From positions 6,286,234-6,350,233 of the forward strand of contig OZ316894.1 of the NCBI GenBank assembly GCA_973895155.1: a stretch of 64,000 nt of DNA, read 5' to 3'. How positions within the stretch are numbered: the first letter of the stretch is position 1; every line of letters starts with the position of its first letter. Below the pieces are notes generated by a model. The model saw nothing but the letters and a program-made list of their open reading frames with translations, was not told the DNA's origin and did not search any database. Shown here one piece after another: positions 39,127-52,150 of the stretch. A program made the position numbers and the translations under genes. The stretch is from Marsupella aquatica (Eukaryota; Plantae; Marchantiophyta).

Positions 39127-39550
39127 AGACCTCCACTTTGTCTATGAAACCCAAATGGGCTTGCTCAAAACTAAAGCCAAGCGGCCTCCACTTTGTCTAT
39201 GAAGCCCATATGGAAGGCAAAGCTTGGATAGCAAAACAATTAAACTGAATGATAACATTGTGCACACTTTTGAGTGAAATGTGCCTTGTAAAGGGTCTTC
39301 TTATCATTTGGAGTTGGTTTCAAATACATTACCAAACTGGTTTACTGGGTAACTTGATGACTTGAAACCTGAAAAATATTAAGACGTCATGCCATTACTT
39401 AGGATCACCATGACATTTTGACTTTTTTCTTCCCAAGGTAATCAAAGTCGTGAGCTACGATTTGCAACCGGTTCCTTTTTCTTTTTGGTGTAAAAGCAAT
39501 GATTGCTTCACACAATCCATGGGGATGGGAAGGGACAATGTATGAGTCCA

Positions 39551-39770
39551 TCTGAGCTTTTATTTTGTAAATTTTGAGTCTCCATTAGGACATCTCAAAG
39601 CATCTCATTCCTGGAGGTTTCCCTGATGCAAATTGTCTCTGAGCTTTTATTTTGTAAATTTTGAGTCTCCATTAGGACATCTCAAACCAGCTCATTCCTG
39701 GAATTTTGAGTCTCCATTAGGACATCTCAAACCAGCTCATTCCTGAGGTTTCCCCGATGCAAATTGTCTC
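39551..39770. repeat. Tandem repeat, about 3 partial units
   Basis: 'attttgagtctccattaggacatctcaaa.ca.ctcattcctg' occurs three times. Confidence 0.85.
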
Positions 39771-39814
39771 CTGCTCATGTAAATGCTAATCACATGCATG
39801 TCAGTGATGATTCG

Positions 39815-40150
39815 TGCCCACCACTTGACCGGCTTCCCAAATCTCCTCAATTAACAGAGAGGAATAGAGCTTAATTTGGCATAATCTGACCACGATTCAA
39901 AACCCTGCCCACCACTCGACCTGCTTCCCAAATCTCCGCAAATAGCACAAAGGAATAGAGCTTAATTTGGCAAAATCTGACCAAGATTCAAAATCCGCCC
40001 ACGCCCACCAATCGATAACAGACAACGACAACAAAAAATTGCGCCTGAGCTTGGCAGGTGCCTGTTGAACTGCTGACCTATTCTGAATCTTCTTCATATG
40101 AAAAAATTGTGCCTGAGCTTGGCAGGTGCCTGTTGAACTGCTGACCTATT
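39815..40150. repeat. Two adjacent tandem duplications (about 90 bp x2 and about 67 bp x2), with a further partial copy at about 41095-41175
   Basis: 'gcccaccact.gacc.gcttcccaaatctcc...ggaatagagcttaatttggca.aatctgacca.gattcaaaa' x2; 'aaaaaattg.gcctgagcttggcaggtgcctgttgaactgctgacctattctgaatcttcttcatatga' x2. Confidence 0.8.
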
Positions 40151-43100
40151 CTGAATCTTCTTCATATGAATCCTGTCCATATCATCTTCTGCAACAAGTG
40201 AAAATTGACGTCTCCATCTTGATCATCATCTGCCGCCCGACAGGATGCACGTTGAGGTTGCGAATCGTTGACTTGCCAAATCCTGATCCACAACCACAAA
40301 AATTCAGCGGCTCCACAAGACACACAACAAAATAATGGGAGCCAAGAGGTTTGATTCCCCAACACAACTGAGCTCCAAAGATTTGGTGGTGAGGGTGAAG
40401 TTTTGAGAACAGGGAACGATTTATTGAGAAGGTTGATCAGTTCATTACAAGATCGAATCTCTTTTGAAGAAATCACTGTTCGGTCAGTTGCCTTCAGTAC
40501 TCGAGGATTAGCCGGGCTCTCAACGTACAGGTGAATAGCGTGATTAACTGAAATCTTTTGGGGACGCAGATAGATGAGCTTGCAGAGACAGATAGATGAG
40601 CTTGCAAAGAATAGCTCATCACGAAATGGGTTTCTAGCAGTCCAGGATCGCTATTGAACAGGCCCAAACAAAGAGAGGAACAACATCACGCGAAAATGAA
40701 CCCAAAACGCACAATTTTTGTGGCTAACCGAGATCTAGAAGTATCATGCAATATCTGATGAGCGCGTTTTCTGGTTCCTCAAGCTCACGTAAACAAATCG
40801 ACCGTCCCACAGCACAGTGAAGTTGACCTTGTCGAGGACGTTCACATCCCTTCAATAGCATCAGTCGTCCACACTGTAGAACATTTGGAAATCAGAAGAA
40901 ATCATGAAAAAATATAAGCAAGTGACGATAATGTGATGCCACGTTCACCTGGTGCACCGGTTCAAGAGCCTAGCGAAAGCCGGCAGAACAAATGTGGACG
41001 GCTTTGTGATGTTTGTACAAGAACAATTCCTTGGGATTGTGTGACCTTTGGTGCTCCGACCGATTGACCTGGCTTTAAAGTTTACCATTCTAATGCCTGT
41101 TGAACTGATGACCTATTCTGAATCTTTCTTCAGATGAATCCTGTCGATATCATCCTCCGCAACAAGTGAAAATTGTGAACCGATCTGCAATTCAATGGAT
41201 ATGGAAGATTGTGCCCTCCAAATTTTAACGTCAGACACTTTGATGGAGAATTAACGTCTTTTGCTACCGATATGGTAAGCAAAATATGTCTCTCTTCCTT
41301 CGAAGTAGCTGATGAGCCTGACGCTTACGGGAGTGAATGACGTACCGATCTGCAGCTCAATCGGTTTTGGAGGATTGTACCGTCCGCATTCTACCGTCAA
41401 ATGCTTCGATGAAAACATCTTCTGCTTCCGATGTGCCGCTGAATGGATGACGGAGATTGAATTAGGTCTCCAATCTCGGGCCCTGGGCAAAGAGCTGATA
41501 GATCTGCGAAATAAAGAGATGAACTGATGATTGGAACAGTATGAGGAGCAAATCTTCGGACGAGAAGCGTTGTTTTCGATGGGTTTGTCGCTCAGCTAAT
41601 CAACGAGTCAAGTTGATTGCGATTTATAATAACTGAATATTTTTCTAGTTGTAGTGTGAGCGGAAGAGATCAAAATGAGACTGATAAAAGCATATGCAGC
41701 ACAGCTTAACCGGGGCGATTTTTGTTGTACATGGCTGTCATTGCCTCGGAAAGCCTAGTTTGAGCTCGAAAGCCCGGTTGTGATTTTTGTGCAAAGGTTT
41801 TGGATTAGTGTAATGCTTTCCTACATAACGCGAAAGGGCAGCACTGGCCCGGTAGAATTGAGGCTCTGAGTTTTGATCACCACCAAATTGTGAATCCAAG
41901 TTAAGAGACGGGGGAGAGCTGTATTCTCGGACGAACACAGGAATCCTAGCGCTGATGGTGCCTCGTATGTTGGCTGAAGTGATAATAAATTGTCGGCTTG
42001 ACAGAAGAGATTGCGAGGGGTTTGACTTAGCGGTAATATGAAGGACGGCCGATCTTCTTTGGTCTGAACAGAAAGAAAATGCACACCATCAGGATCACGG
42101 GTGGCTATTGCCAGTGCGAATTTTGAATCTCAACGGCCACCACTACCCGCCGGTCGTCGAGACTCGTGACTCTTCCTCCGTTCCTGAGAAAACCCTCTGT
42201 CTCCTATCGTGTCGCCTCCCCTTCCCATCCTTGCCTCTCGTAGAAAACCCTCTCTCTACTCTTTCCTTCCCTTTCCTCTCGTCTGTCCTGTTTTTTTCGT
42301 ACCATTCCGCACTCCTAGTCTCTCTCCTCTCCTCTCCTCTCCTCTCCTCTCCTCTGCAAATCGGATCTTTCAGCACCTCTTGCGCTCTCCCATTCCCGCC
42401 CCTTCATTATTCACCATACATTGCTGTTTCTATTCCTTACTCCTCCATCTTCGCTCGGCCTACGAGTTGGTCGTGAAACGAAAACTTTTTTGACAAGTCT
42501 CTCGTCAGCAAATCCTGATCAATCAATCGGTCACTTAACATCAGTTCAGTTTAGCGTTTGAGGAAATCTGATCGTGACGTAGAACCCTGTGCTTGTGGGT
42601 TTCTCGTCCTTTGATGTTGTTCGTGCTGCTTTTCAAAGATGTGATGTAGCTCCTCCGGATGTAATGTTGATCCGCATCATGAGGCCTGGTTTGTTGGCCC
42701 GCATTCAGCGGTGGCACAGTTGCCCTAGCAGCTATGGCGGACCTTCCGTTCGACCTTGAATCGAAGGATTTCGGTGACGGTCAGCCATGGGTAATTAATT
42801 CTTGCGCCCAACCAAATCTGCATAGCTCCACGTCAATCTAATAAACCGTGATGAAACTGAATGAACATTCTTGTTATGCACATGCACGAAATTTGCGTTC
42901 CAAGAGAGCAGACGAGAAAAGCAGAATGAAACAGATAGGGTGCGGCTGAGAAAGCTCAATTGCTCAATTTAGTTGGTTGGAGATGGCCTGATAAGACTCT
43001 TGAACAGGCATAGTGTTCCCCAAGAAGAAAGGTTTGAATACCTTAGTCAGTAGATTTGCTGTCTCTTGGGGCGATTAGGTCTGGACATAGGGAATAATCT

Positions 43101-46100
43101 GGTGGCCCTGACCTTACCCTAGCAGTGATATACCAACCAGAGTTGAAGAAGTGCAGAGTTTGCGTATCTGTGCGTTATTTGACTCCATCAATGGAACATT
43201 CATGCACCAGAATGCTAGTAATGCACAGCCCTTATGTCAAATCCACTGGTGTTGGATAATGCCTGCTACTTTCAGGGTGGGAAGTAGATAAGAGTGTGCT
43301 CACTAATCAGTCCAATGTTTGGGTTGGAGTCCAATGAGGCTGCCGATCTATGGGTCTGGCTTAAAAGGATTGATCCAATAACTGGCCAGCCAGCCAATGG
43401 ACTCTCCTTATGTTTGACTGCTAGAATGGCCTCTTGTTATCTCGTCAAGAATCTTTTCCGTTGAACGCTCTTCTCACCTATTCCTTGCTGGACAGTGGTG
43501 CTTTTCCCGGGAACGAAGGACCAAGCTTGGAGGTGGCAAACGTCGAACAACGACTATGGCAAGTTTTATCTGTCGCTGAGTCGTGAGGTAAGGAAAGCGC
43601 CTACTTTTGAAATTCCTCCTCAAGTTCATCTGTACTTCATAGGACGGACGTCTTTTGTCACTGGTGTAAATAGCGAACCTATGTCTGTTTTGGATGGGAT
43701 ATCAAACGAGGACTGCACCTCCACATCCACATCCACTGTCTTGAATAACATCCCCGGCGTTCCGGTACGACTCCGACGTTATAATTTTAATAGAAAACCT
43801 TCAGCAATGGTGGACCATTGCAGTTCCTTGTCGGACGGTGGTGCCCTTTTGGAGGGAAGTGACTGTTTGGTCGATCGTCGTTCAAGATTTAATTCATTGT
43901 TCAAGATTTACAAAAAAACCCTTAATATGGAGGACATATATAGCGCAACACGAACAAAAGCGAAACGTGACAGGAACATAGCTTCTTTATGGAGAACCCT
44001 AAGATTCCTAGTTGAATGAAAATCAATGATGTGAAATTGCCGTTGCAGTAATATACTATAGAAAGTAGGAGATCATCAACTTGAATTTCATGTGGCCCAT
44101 TTTCTCGTCAAGGTTGGTCTTCTGTGTGCATTGCATTCTGTAGTTGATAGTAACCGCACTTGTGATTCTGGATGGCTGCTCTCGGTTGAATCATCGCCGA
44201 CCCATCTGAAATCGAGTGGTAGCATGTTTTGTTCAGGCTCTTGGACAGAAATGCAGAGCAGATGGGTTGCATTCCGAATGCAACAGGAAGTGCGAGCAGC
44301 TCGCTAGGCAGCTATGCGAGCTCAAATCAGAACTAGACCGTCTGAGGGTGGGCAGCCGCTGCGCAAGCCCCAGAGATGGTAAGCCACGTCTAGCCCAGTT
44401 CTTGTGAGGAAAGGATTGCTGTTCATTGGCATCTTCCGTAGTGGGACAATGGTAGTGTTGATAGTTTCAAATTCGAGTAAATTTCCAACAATTGTCAATT
44501 AACGTCACAGATGGCCGCAGGATCCTGTTCATAAAGATCAAGATAGCTATCACTCAGTCTACCATGAAAAGTTTGGATCCTCGAGGTTTCTCGTCGACGT
44601 TCTAGATTCGTCTGGTGGTTTGTTCTTACTAGATGAATTGGGACCGCCGCATAGCAGAGGACTTGAGTACGTTGTGTTTCTGGGTTGTTATGTACACAGG
44701 ATGCAGAGACCCTCCACATCACAACGGAGACTGCCTCTTCTCCGAGAGGGCCAGGATGCCATGCGACGACATGTTCCATACCACTCATGATATTGAGTAT
44801 AACGGAGGCAGACGAACGGAACCTCAGGTGCTAGAGGACCATTTGAGAGCTGATCATCCCAGACTAGTGAGGAAGGTCCCACCGTTGAACCCTGTCGGAG
44901 TGGCATCCTTTGACGGAGTTGCAGAACAAGGAGGACATCCGAGGTGAGATTGATATGTACGCAACCGAAACAAACTAAGGACACCTCTTTCCATTTGCAT
45001 ATTTGGTTTCTCCTGGGTAGCAATCATGCATAAACGTTCTGTGCAAGGTTGAACCCCCTTTCTGACGTGTGAGGTGGATGGAATTCTCGCATTTGAATCT
45101 TGTAGTGACCCCCTACTGAGCATTGGCTGCATCACTCGGTCAATTTCAGACTGAGTTGCCGTTCCCTGTGCAATCGTAATAAGAGCTAGGTAGGTCCAAC
45201 CGATAGGACATCTGCTTCTGTGGCCACGAACTGATAAATTCAACTCACATTGCAGTGAACGTGACCCAAGATTTGGACTTGGAAAGGCCTCTAAATACTG
45301 GACACATGGGTATAATTTCTTTCCTGCCTAAACTGTTTTACCACACTAATCCCTCCCAACCAAAATTGTCTATCTTCGTGACTTTTAGGATTCAAGAGTA
45401 CCATTTCTAGAGAGCCCCACGTTTCATAGTTTCCGTGCCACTGAATACATACTTTGTATGTTTCTCTGGTTGGAGTAATGTTGGAAACATTTTTGACCAA
45501 CTGATTACTCATACCTTGACTGTGGCCTCTTCTGTGCGTGGTGTTGTCTCACTCGCGCATGGATGCTGTTTTGACAAGCATTGAGCTTCTTTCATCGCAT
45601 TTTTAATACCTGCTATCTTTCAAGAGAAAAGGTAAAGCAGTTCAAGTCCGACATGTTTGACCTTTTGTTTCCGGTTATCCAGAAACAAACTCGTTAGTGA
45701 AGGGAATAGGTTGGTTTCCACAGCGGACATGATCTGTAGGGATCCTGGTTTGCTTTGAGGGAGAGGCCATTGCCTCACAATGCAAATTCAGTTAATGGTT
45801 TTGAGGGATCGGACTATATCTGAAAGCTACACCGGCCACTAGAGCCGTAGTAAGTTGCATTTCGAGGTTGTGTTTCAAGACTCATCTGGACTGTTCGAGT
45901 GACAAACAGAGTCCGGAAAGAGTCGGGGTTTTTTGCTAATCTAATGATTTCTGTATTTGCAGGGGCAATGGTAATGTTCAAATACATTCAGCACCTGGAA
46001 CTGCAAACTCAGACGGGATGGATATGCACAGGAATGGTGGATCACCCGGATCAGACGGATATGGCGGTGGTGGTGAACCGAATGTGCCAGGCGTTGCTGA

Positions 46101-49100
46101 ATATCACGGAGGAGACAGTGGTGGACCCGCATCACCAAGAGGGGCCGGGGTTAAAATCCACTACCCGGTGGCACGGAAGCCATTGACACCCAGATTTCCC
46201 CACAAAAAAGGTGGTCATGATGCAGCAGGTGGTCGTGGTGATTCTCGAGAGAAAATCCTGCCACCCAGCCAGCGTTATAATTTCTATCGATACTATGGTA
46301 TGATCCACCACCAGGGCCTTTGTCCTTCAGCTATGCATGTGACAGAAAATGTTGTCGTGTTGAAGGACGCAACGCACTGTATACTAGCACGAGGGGGGGA
46401 TTTAATAGCGCAAAAAACCCTAGAGATGCTCGTAGCATTTGATTTGTGCTTCACAATAGACACTACTGTTCTGAATATTGCCTTGAGACGTGAAAATAAT
46501 CAAGATCTTCATATATTGTTATTTCTAACGACGGAGCTATTTGCAGGGCTTCTGCTATTGAACTGACTGCTAATCGACCAATTTGGTGTCTGGTGAGAAT
46601 GGTTGTAGAAGAACCTCTATCAATTACCCACATTGATGGAGTCTGACAGTGGGCTTTTCTCATTGTTTTTGAAGGTTTTGCGGGCCAAGGTGCAAAGACT
46701 AGTCGAGGTTGGAACCCCAAGTAGCTGAATGAATCAAGTCAAAAGGCGTTTTGATTGAAAGCCCAATTGTACATGGTAGATTTTGCAGTCTTTATTGAGA
46801 GAGTTAGTGGTTCCATTTTTCGTGAAACCAAGTTTGTCATACGCCAGGACAATTGGAAATGTAAGAAAAATCTTTGGTCTAACTTAATGCTTTTCACTAT
46901 CATCACTTGAGAATGAGAAGCCTCAGTGGATTTTGGTATATTCAGTCTCAGGCTGCTTCTTTGGTGCATTGAGGCTCACTCAATGTGCGATTGGCATGAT
47001 TCTTCTAATGTCATAGCATCTATGTGAGAAAATATGTAAATGGAAGTCTGTTATGGAGGGCGATTCTGAAAATGTAACTGGACGCCGTACCAAGGTTGTG
47101 AGGCCTCTTAGTCAATTTAGCAAATGACATTCATGGATTTCTCCCTTCGTGTACTTGATAACTAGCTATTGGAAGGCTTGTTCTATGGGTTGCGGAAAAA
47201 GAGTTTTCGTCTGTCACATACACGGCTATTGGCCCATTGTAATTCAAGTCCCCTACCAGTGACCCCTGCTCCCAACCTGCATAATTGCTTTTATCACTAA
47301 GAGGCACTCTACAAGATGATCATCTATTATGGGTTGGTTCGTCTGTCAATTCCAAGGCAACAAAAGAAAAGGTGGCCATTTTAGGGACCCCTTACCAAAC
47401 CAGAGGACAACGAAAGAATGGCGGTCCAAGTAGTGAATTCTTAACGAAATTCTACTACTTGGATTCTGTTGACGCGGATTGAAGATCTCCCTATTGCACC
47501 ATAGCACTCTTAATTTGGCTGTGGATTGACTCAAAATTATGTGCGCTACAAGGACATTGGTTGAGAGAACTTGGGGAAGGACTTGGCTGGATACTGGGGA
47601 GCAACATAGACATGAAAGCAATCCCTAAAGACAATTGAATATGATCACACACAAATCACAAACTGCAAAAAAACAAGCACAGAGAAACATCATGGCTGGA
47701 TCTGAAATCCAACCTAATCTGCCAAAGGAAAAGCTTATCAGTGCATGAACACACCTTACCTCAAAACTTTCTTTAAAAAATAAATGTTGCTTTTGTCATA
47801 AACATGAATGTGCGCTTTTGTTACTGTTAAAAGTAGGTTCATTCCTGTTTGTGGTTATGATGCTGATGTGGTGCAACCTCATGACAGGGAATTTACAAGG
47901 GACCTCTCATGGGGGTATATAACTATGAAACTATCTTAAAACTATCATGGGGGTATGTAACTATGAAACTATCTTAAAACTATGAAACCAGTTGAATGAA
48001 CAGGGTACGTGCTAACAGTGTCCCTCTACTTACACTTCACACCTGGCCGTGTATATCTGGGGTGTCAAAGATGCCCCCTTCTTTTCACATTCCACTCACT
48101 TTTCTCCTTTGTTGCATCACCAGTTACTTTTGATGGTAGGTATAAGTAACGCGTAGCTTTTAGAGAGCAGGTGTGGATTAGCTTGAGCCCATTCTTAAAC
48201 CTATGAAACCAGCTTAACAGACTGACCACCAGCTGACTGGACAGTGTACCGTGTGCCTCAGGTTACAGGTCATATTACAAATAGAAGTGTGAGCAACATC
48301 TGAGTCACAGTAGACATTTGGCCAAGGTCTGTCTGACTTCTCAGAATCCATTTAATTGGGGCCTTTTGTCACACTGGGATGTCCATCTGGACTTTCAGTT
48401 CCTAATTACAAAGTAGCTTCCAGTTACTCTGTGTCGATGAATGGGAAGAAGCCTTTGTTAAGACAGTACCACGACTTTAGTGTATGCCTTCCAAAGCAGC
48501 TGGGTCGTTATTAAGGACTATGCTCATTAATACCTACGTGGTGTAGAGAAGATTTTGTTGCGCAAAAGATGACTTTGTAGGAAAGATAGCATTGCACAAG
48601 ATGGAGTTATGTAAAAGATGTCGTTGTCCAAAAAAGATATGTTGTCATATGTGATTCCTTCATAAATGGTGGTCCCCTCATATATGCATCCCTAAACCCT
48701 GCCACCCCGGCCCAACTTTGGGGGACCGAGTAGTTTGGCCCCCAACCCACACTACTATGAAATCCAAATACATATTCAATTTTGCAAAGCATATTTGTTG
48801 TCATGGAGTGTACTCATTTCGTGGGAGTACCAAGGGGAGGGGCGGGTAGATTGCACATTGCATGGCACATAGGAGTACACTGGGGCAAAGGCAAATACAA
48901 AGAAGACAGTGGCCAAGGATTGGACCAGGTAGAGTACTTGCCAGTACAGTGAGGAGTATCAAGAAGGAGGATTCTGCCTTCTCCACCATTTGGTGTGGTT
49001 TGTTTTGTTTGTTTCATTTATCCCTGATTTTCTCTTTCAAATTTGTCTTCCTAATTGTTTTAGGCATAGAAAGTGGTAAAGTTTGTAAGACGACCACCCT

Positions 49101-49191
49101 ACAGGGCCCAGACCTCTCATTATAGTTTTGATTTTTCTAGTTTTTTTTGGCATAGAAGACGATAAACTTTGTAAGAGTACCACTCTATAAA

Positions 49192-49689
49192 GTGGCAGGA
49201 CCTCTTATTATTATATTTGATTTTGGGCAAAGTTTGTAAGACAGCACTCTATAAAGTGCTGTTATTATAGTTTTTTATTTGCGTTGATGGATAATATTTG
49301 AAGTGAGGGCATCATGATTTGCGCAAAACGGGGCACAAAAGTGTGTTCATGCTCTTCTTCTGCTCATATTCTCGCCTCTAGCACTTTGGTGTGTAATTTG
49401 GAAGTGCTGTTAGAGTTTGTGAATTTGGTTGCAGCCAGTCAGTGGAGCAATTGTGAGTACAGTGGTGTCAGCCCCCAAAATTGCAATCCGTTTGTGGAGT
49501 GCATTATCCCATGGCTGCTCTACCATGGACGGCAGTGACGTTCAATGCAAGGCCAATGCAAGTCCAGACATGCTAATCCCAATCGTGACCTGAAAACAGA
49601 GGTGGTGTTGGGATTTGAAAGCAAAGCCAGTGGTCCATTGTCGATGTCTCGCGCCCAGTGGTGCTGTTCCATGCACCTCCTCCAAAGCT
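49192..49689 (+). pseudogene. Inverted, diverged copy of the poly(A) polymerase 5' region (upstream sequence plus start of first coding exon; source about 32137-32633)
   Basis: 49500-49689 (atggctgctctaccat...atgtctcgcgcccagtggtgctgttccatgcacctcctccaaagct) is the reverse complement of 32137-32320. The ORFs MICAKRG.. (49314 +) and MICATVC.. (32499 -) are homologous. Confidence 0.9.
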
Positions 49690-51614
49690 AAAAAAGAATT
49701 TGCACAAAACATCCTATGCTATTTCCTTTTCATCTTTGCCCCATCCCTGTATAAAATTGTTTCCCCTCATTTTTGTTCCTCCTCATTTTCAATTTTGTCC
49801 TTAATTAGTCACTGTCACTTTTGTCCCCTTTTTGAGAGTTACGGGCTAAAGGCTTCATTCTAGATGGTAGTCCTAGAAAGTAACTTTGGGCACGCTTTAT
49901 TAGCCCGATTACCTGTTCCTTGAACATAAAATCAACACAACAACAACAAATTTTTTGCAAAAAAAGAAGGATTCTATGCTATTTCCCATTCATCTTTGCC
50001 TCATCCCTGTTTTTTGTTCATATACATTTTAATTTTGTCTTTATTTAGAGTCAATGTCACTTTTGTTCATCTTTGCTCTTTTTCTTGTCCACCCTCATTC
50101 TCAGTTGTGTCCTTATTGGGTTCCGGTCTAGAGGCTTCACTCTAGATAGTAGGCCTTGAAAGTAGCTTTAGTTCTCAATTTATTACTAAGATAGGGTAGT
50201 TAACTATTGTGGACAAGCTTGTGGGATAGAATTATAAAAAGTGAATTTTTAAATTTGCCTCATCAGCACATCATGAGGTGTGCCAATCCAAGGCCATAAG
50301 CTTAAAAGTAGTACAAGAGACTCCAGAACTCCACTCCTTCCTTTCTTCATTTCAGAGCCGCATCACCTTCACTCCCCTTCGTCCCAAAGCAAATTCTGAA
50401 TCCCTTTGCCTCTTCATGCTCCGGAGAATTTGGTGGACTCCTCAGTAAGGCCAGTTTAGCTTCACTGGAACATGGGCCCCTGGCTAGGAAAAATCATAGT
50501 TTACAATTCCTTCAAGTGCTGACTTGGTAGGCTGAGCATGGGAATTGTAATAAAACCTTTAAAGCCAGGTCAATCGGTCAGAGCTACCGTGTACACTATG
50601 TTCCCGCAGGTTTTTCTGTGTTTTTCCGCCCATTGCTTGTTTTTGCAGCCACCCATACAGTACGGTCATCCCAGCCCCCAAATGTACACCGGCTTATCTG
50701 TATCAGTGTAAATTTTTGGTTGGTGCTGGTTTGGAATATTTGGGGCGTCAGTATCATGCACCTTTTTTTGATGTGTTGGCCCGTCATTATGTAAATTGTT
50801 ACATACATTCAAAGGAGGAAGTTTTTTTTACAACGTGTTTTTTTTTAATTAGGATATTTCTCGCCAGATGTGTTATTTTATGGTATGAACAACGCTATTT
50901 GTATTTTTTAGTTTTACGCCATGTTGTTTTTACTTATTTAGTTACACCAACCAAAAAATAAATAATGGAAATTGGGGGAGACAAGAAAAAAAACATCACT
51001 TACAACCCCAAACAAAGTCTAAACCCAAGCACACCCAGAAAAACTACCAAGCAAGAATACCACCCAAAAAAAAACATGCAAAAAAGAAATCACAAGAAGA
51101 GGAGAAAAAAATCACAAAATCACAAAATGAGAAATAAAAGAAAACACTAAAAATGAATGAGCCCAAAAGAAAAACACGAAGAATTGAGTTAACTAAAAAT
51201 ACCAAAACAAGGCGAAAGTGGATAGAAAACACAAAACGAGGCAATAAAAGAAAAACAAAATGAGTACGGAGTGCCCAAAAAACAAATGCCAAACCAGTAT
51301 GAGTGCCAAAAAAACCATGAAATGAGTACAGAGTGCCCAAAAAAAATGCGCGGCTGGGAATGGGCGAATGAAAACCATCCAATTAAATGGAAGGTGTACC
51401 TTAAAAGTAGTAAGTGTTGTGTTGCTCGCACAGATTGCGTTTACAGGCACAGGCGGCCCATTGAAGTGGCCGGTGTAACAAACAGTCTTGCTGCTTTACC
51501 TATACCTGCGATTACATCATGTCGTCACGTTTATAGTCTTGTGTCCATGTATTTAAACCCCACATTTTTACACCCGGCTTAGTACATTCCTTAGTACATT
51601 CCTTAGTATCTATG

Positions 51615-52150
51615 TGTAGGATTACCCTGGCTTTTGTATCCATGGGTGTGACCAATTTCCGAACATTAACCTTCCTAGTACTTTATTGATTATAAGATTA
51701 CCTCGGCTTGCATTTTGTACCCATATGTGTGTAAGATTACCCCGACTTTTATATCATGTGTATGGCACAATTTCCAAACATTAACCTTACTAGTACTTTA
51801 TTGATTATAAGATTACCTCGGCTTGCGTTTTGTACCCATATGTGTGTAAGATTACCCCGACTTTTATATCATGTGTATGGCACAATTTCCAAACATTAAC
51901 CTTACTAGTACATAAGATTACCCCGGCTTTCGTATCCGTGTGTATGACACTATATCCTAAGATTAACCTGTCTAGTAGATTGCTTCGTTATTGGATTACC
52001 CTGAGGTTTGGATGTATTCCTAACAAATGTTAACCTTACTTGTACATAACTCGATTATTGGATTACCCTGGCTTGTGCATGATATCCAGGTATATGGCAC
52101 AATTTCCTAATATGAACCATAGTACCGTATTACATGACCTCAAGTTTTGT
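51615..52150. repeat. Degenerate tandem array (about 117-bp higher-order unit, GATTACCC subrepeats)
   Basis: 'acattaacctt.ctagtactttattgattataagattacctcggcttgc.ttttgtacccatatgtgtgtaagattaccccgacttttatatcatgtgtatggcacaatttcc' twice, plus many gattaccc motifs. Confidence 0.85.

Noticed and set aside
42108-42493. Leu/Ser/Pro-rich ORFs
   Set aside because: Derived from (CTCCT)n low-complexity sequence.
47285-47482. GGPSSEF resembling a HECT-domain motif
   Set aside because: Too short, with no other HECT features nearby.
50594-51480. CACTA start and T-rich/A-rich block as a CACTA element or MITE
   Set aside because: No matching TAGTG-ended TIR or TSD could be found; low-complexity sequence explains the ORFs.
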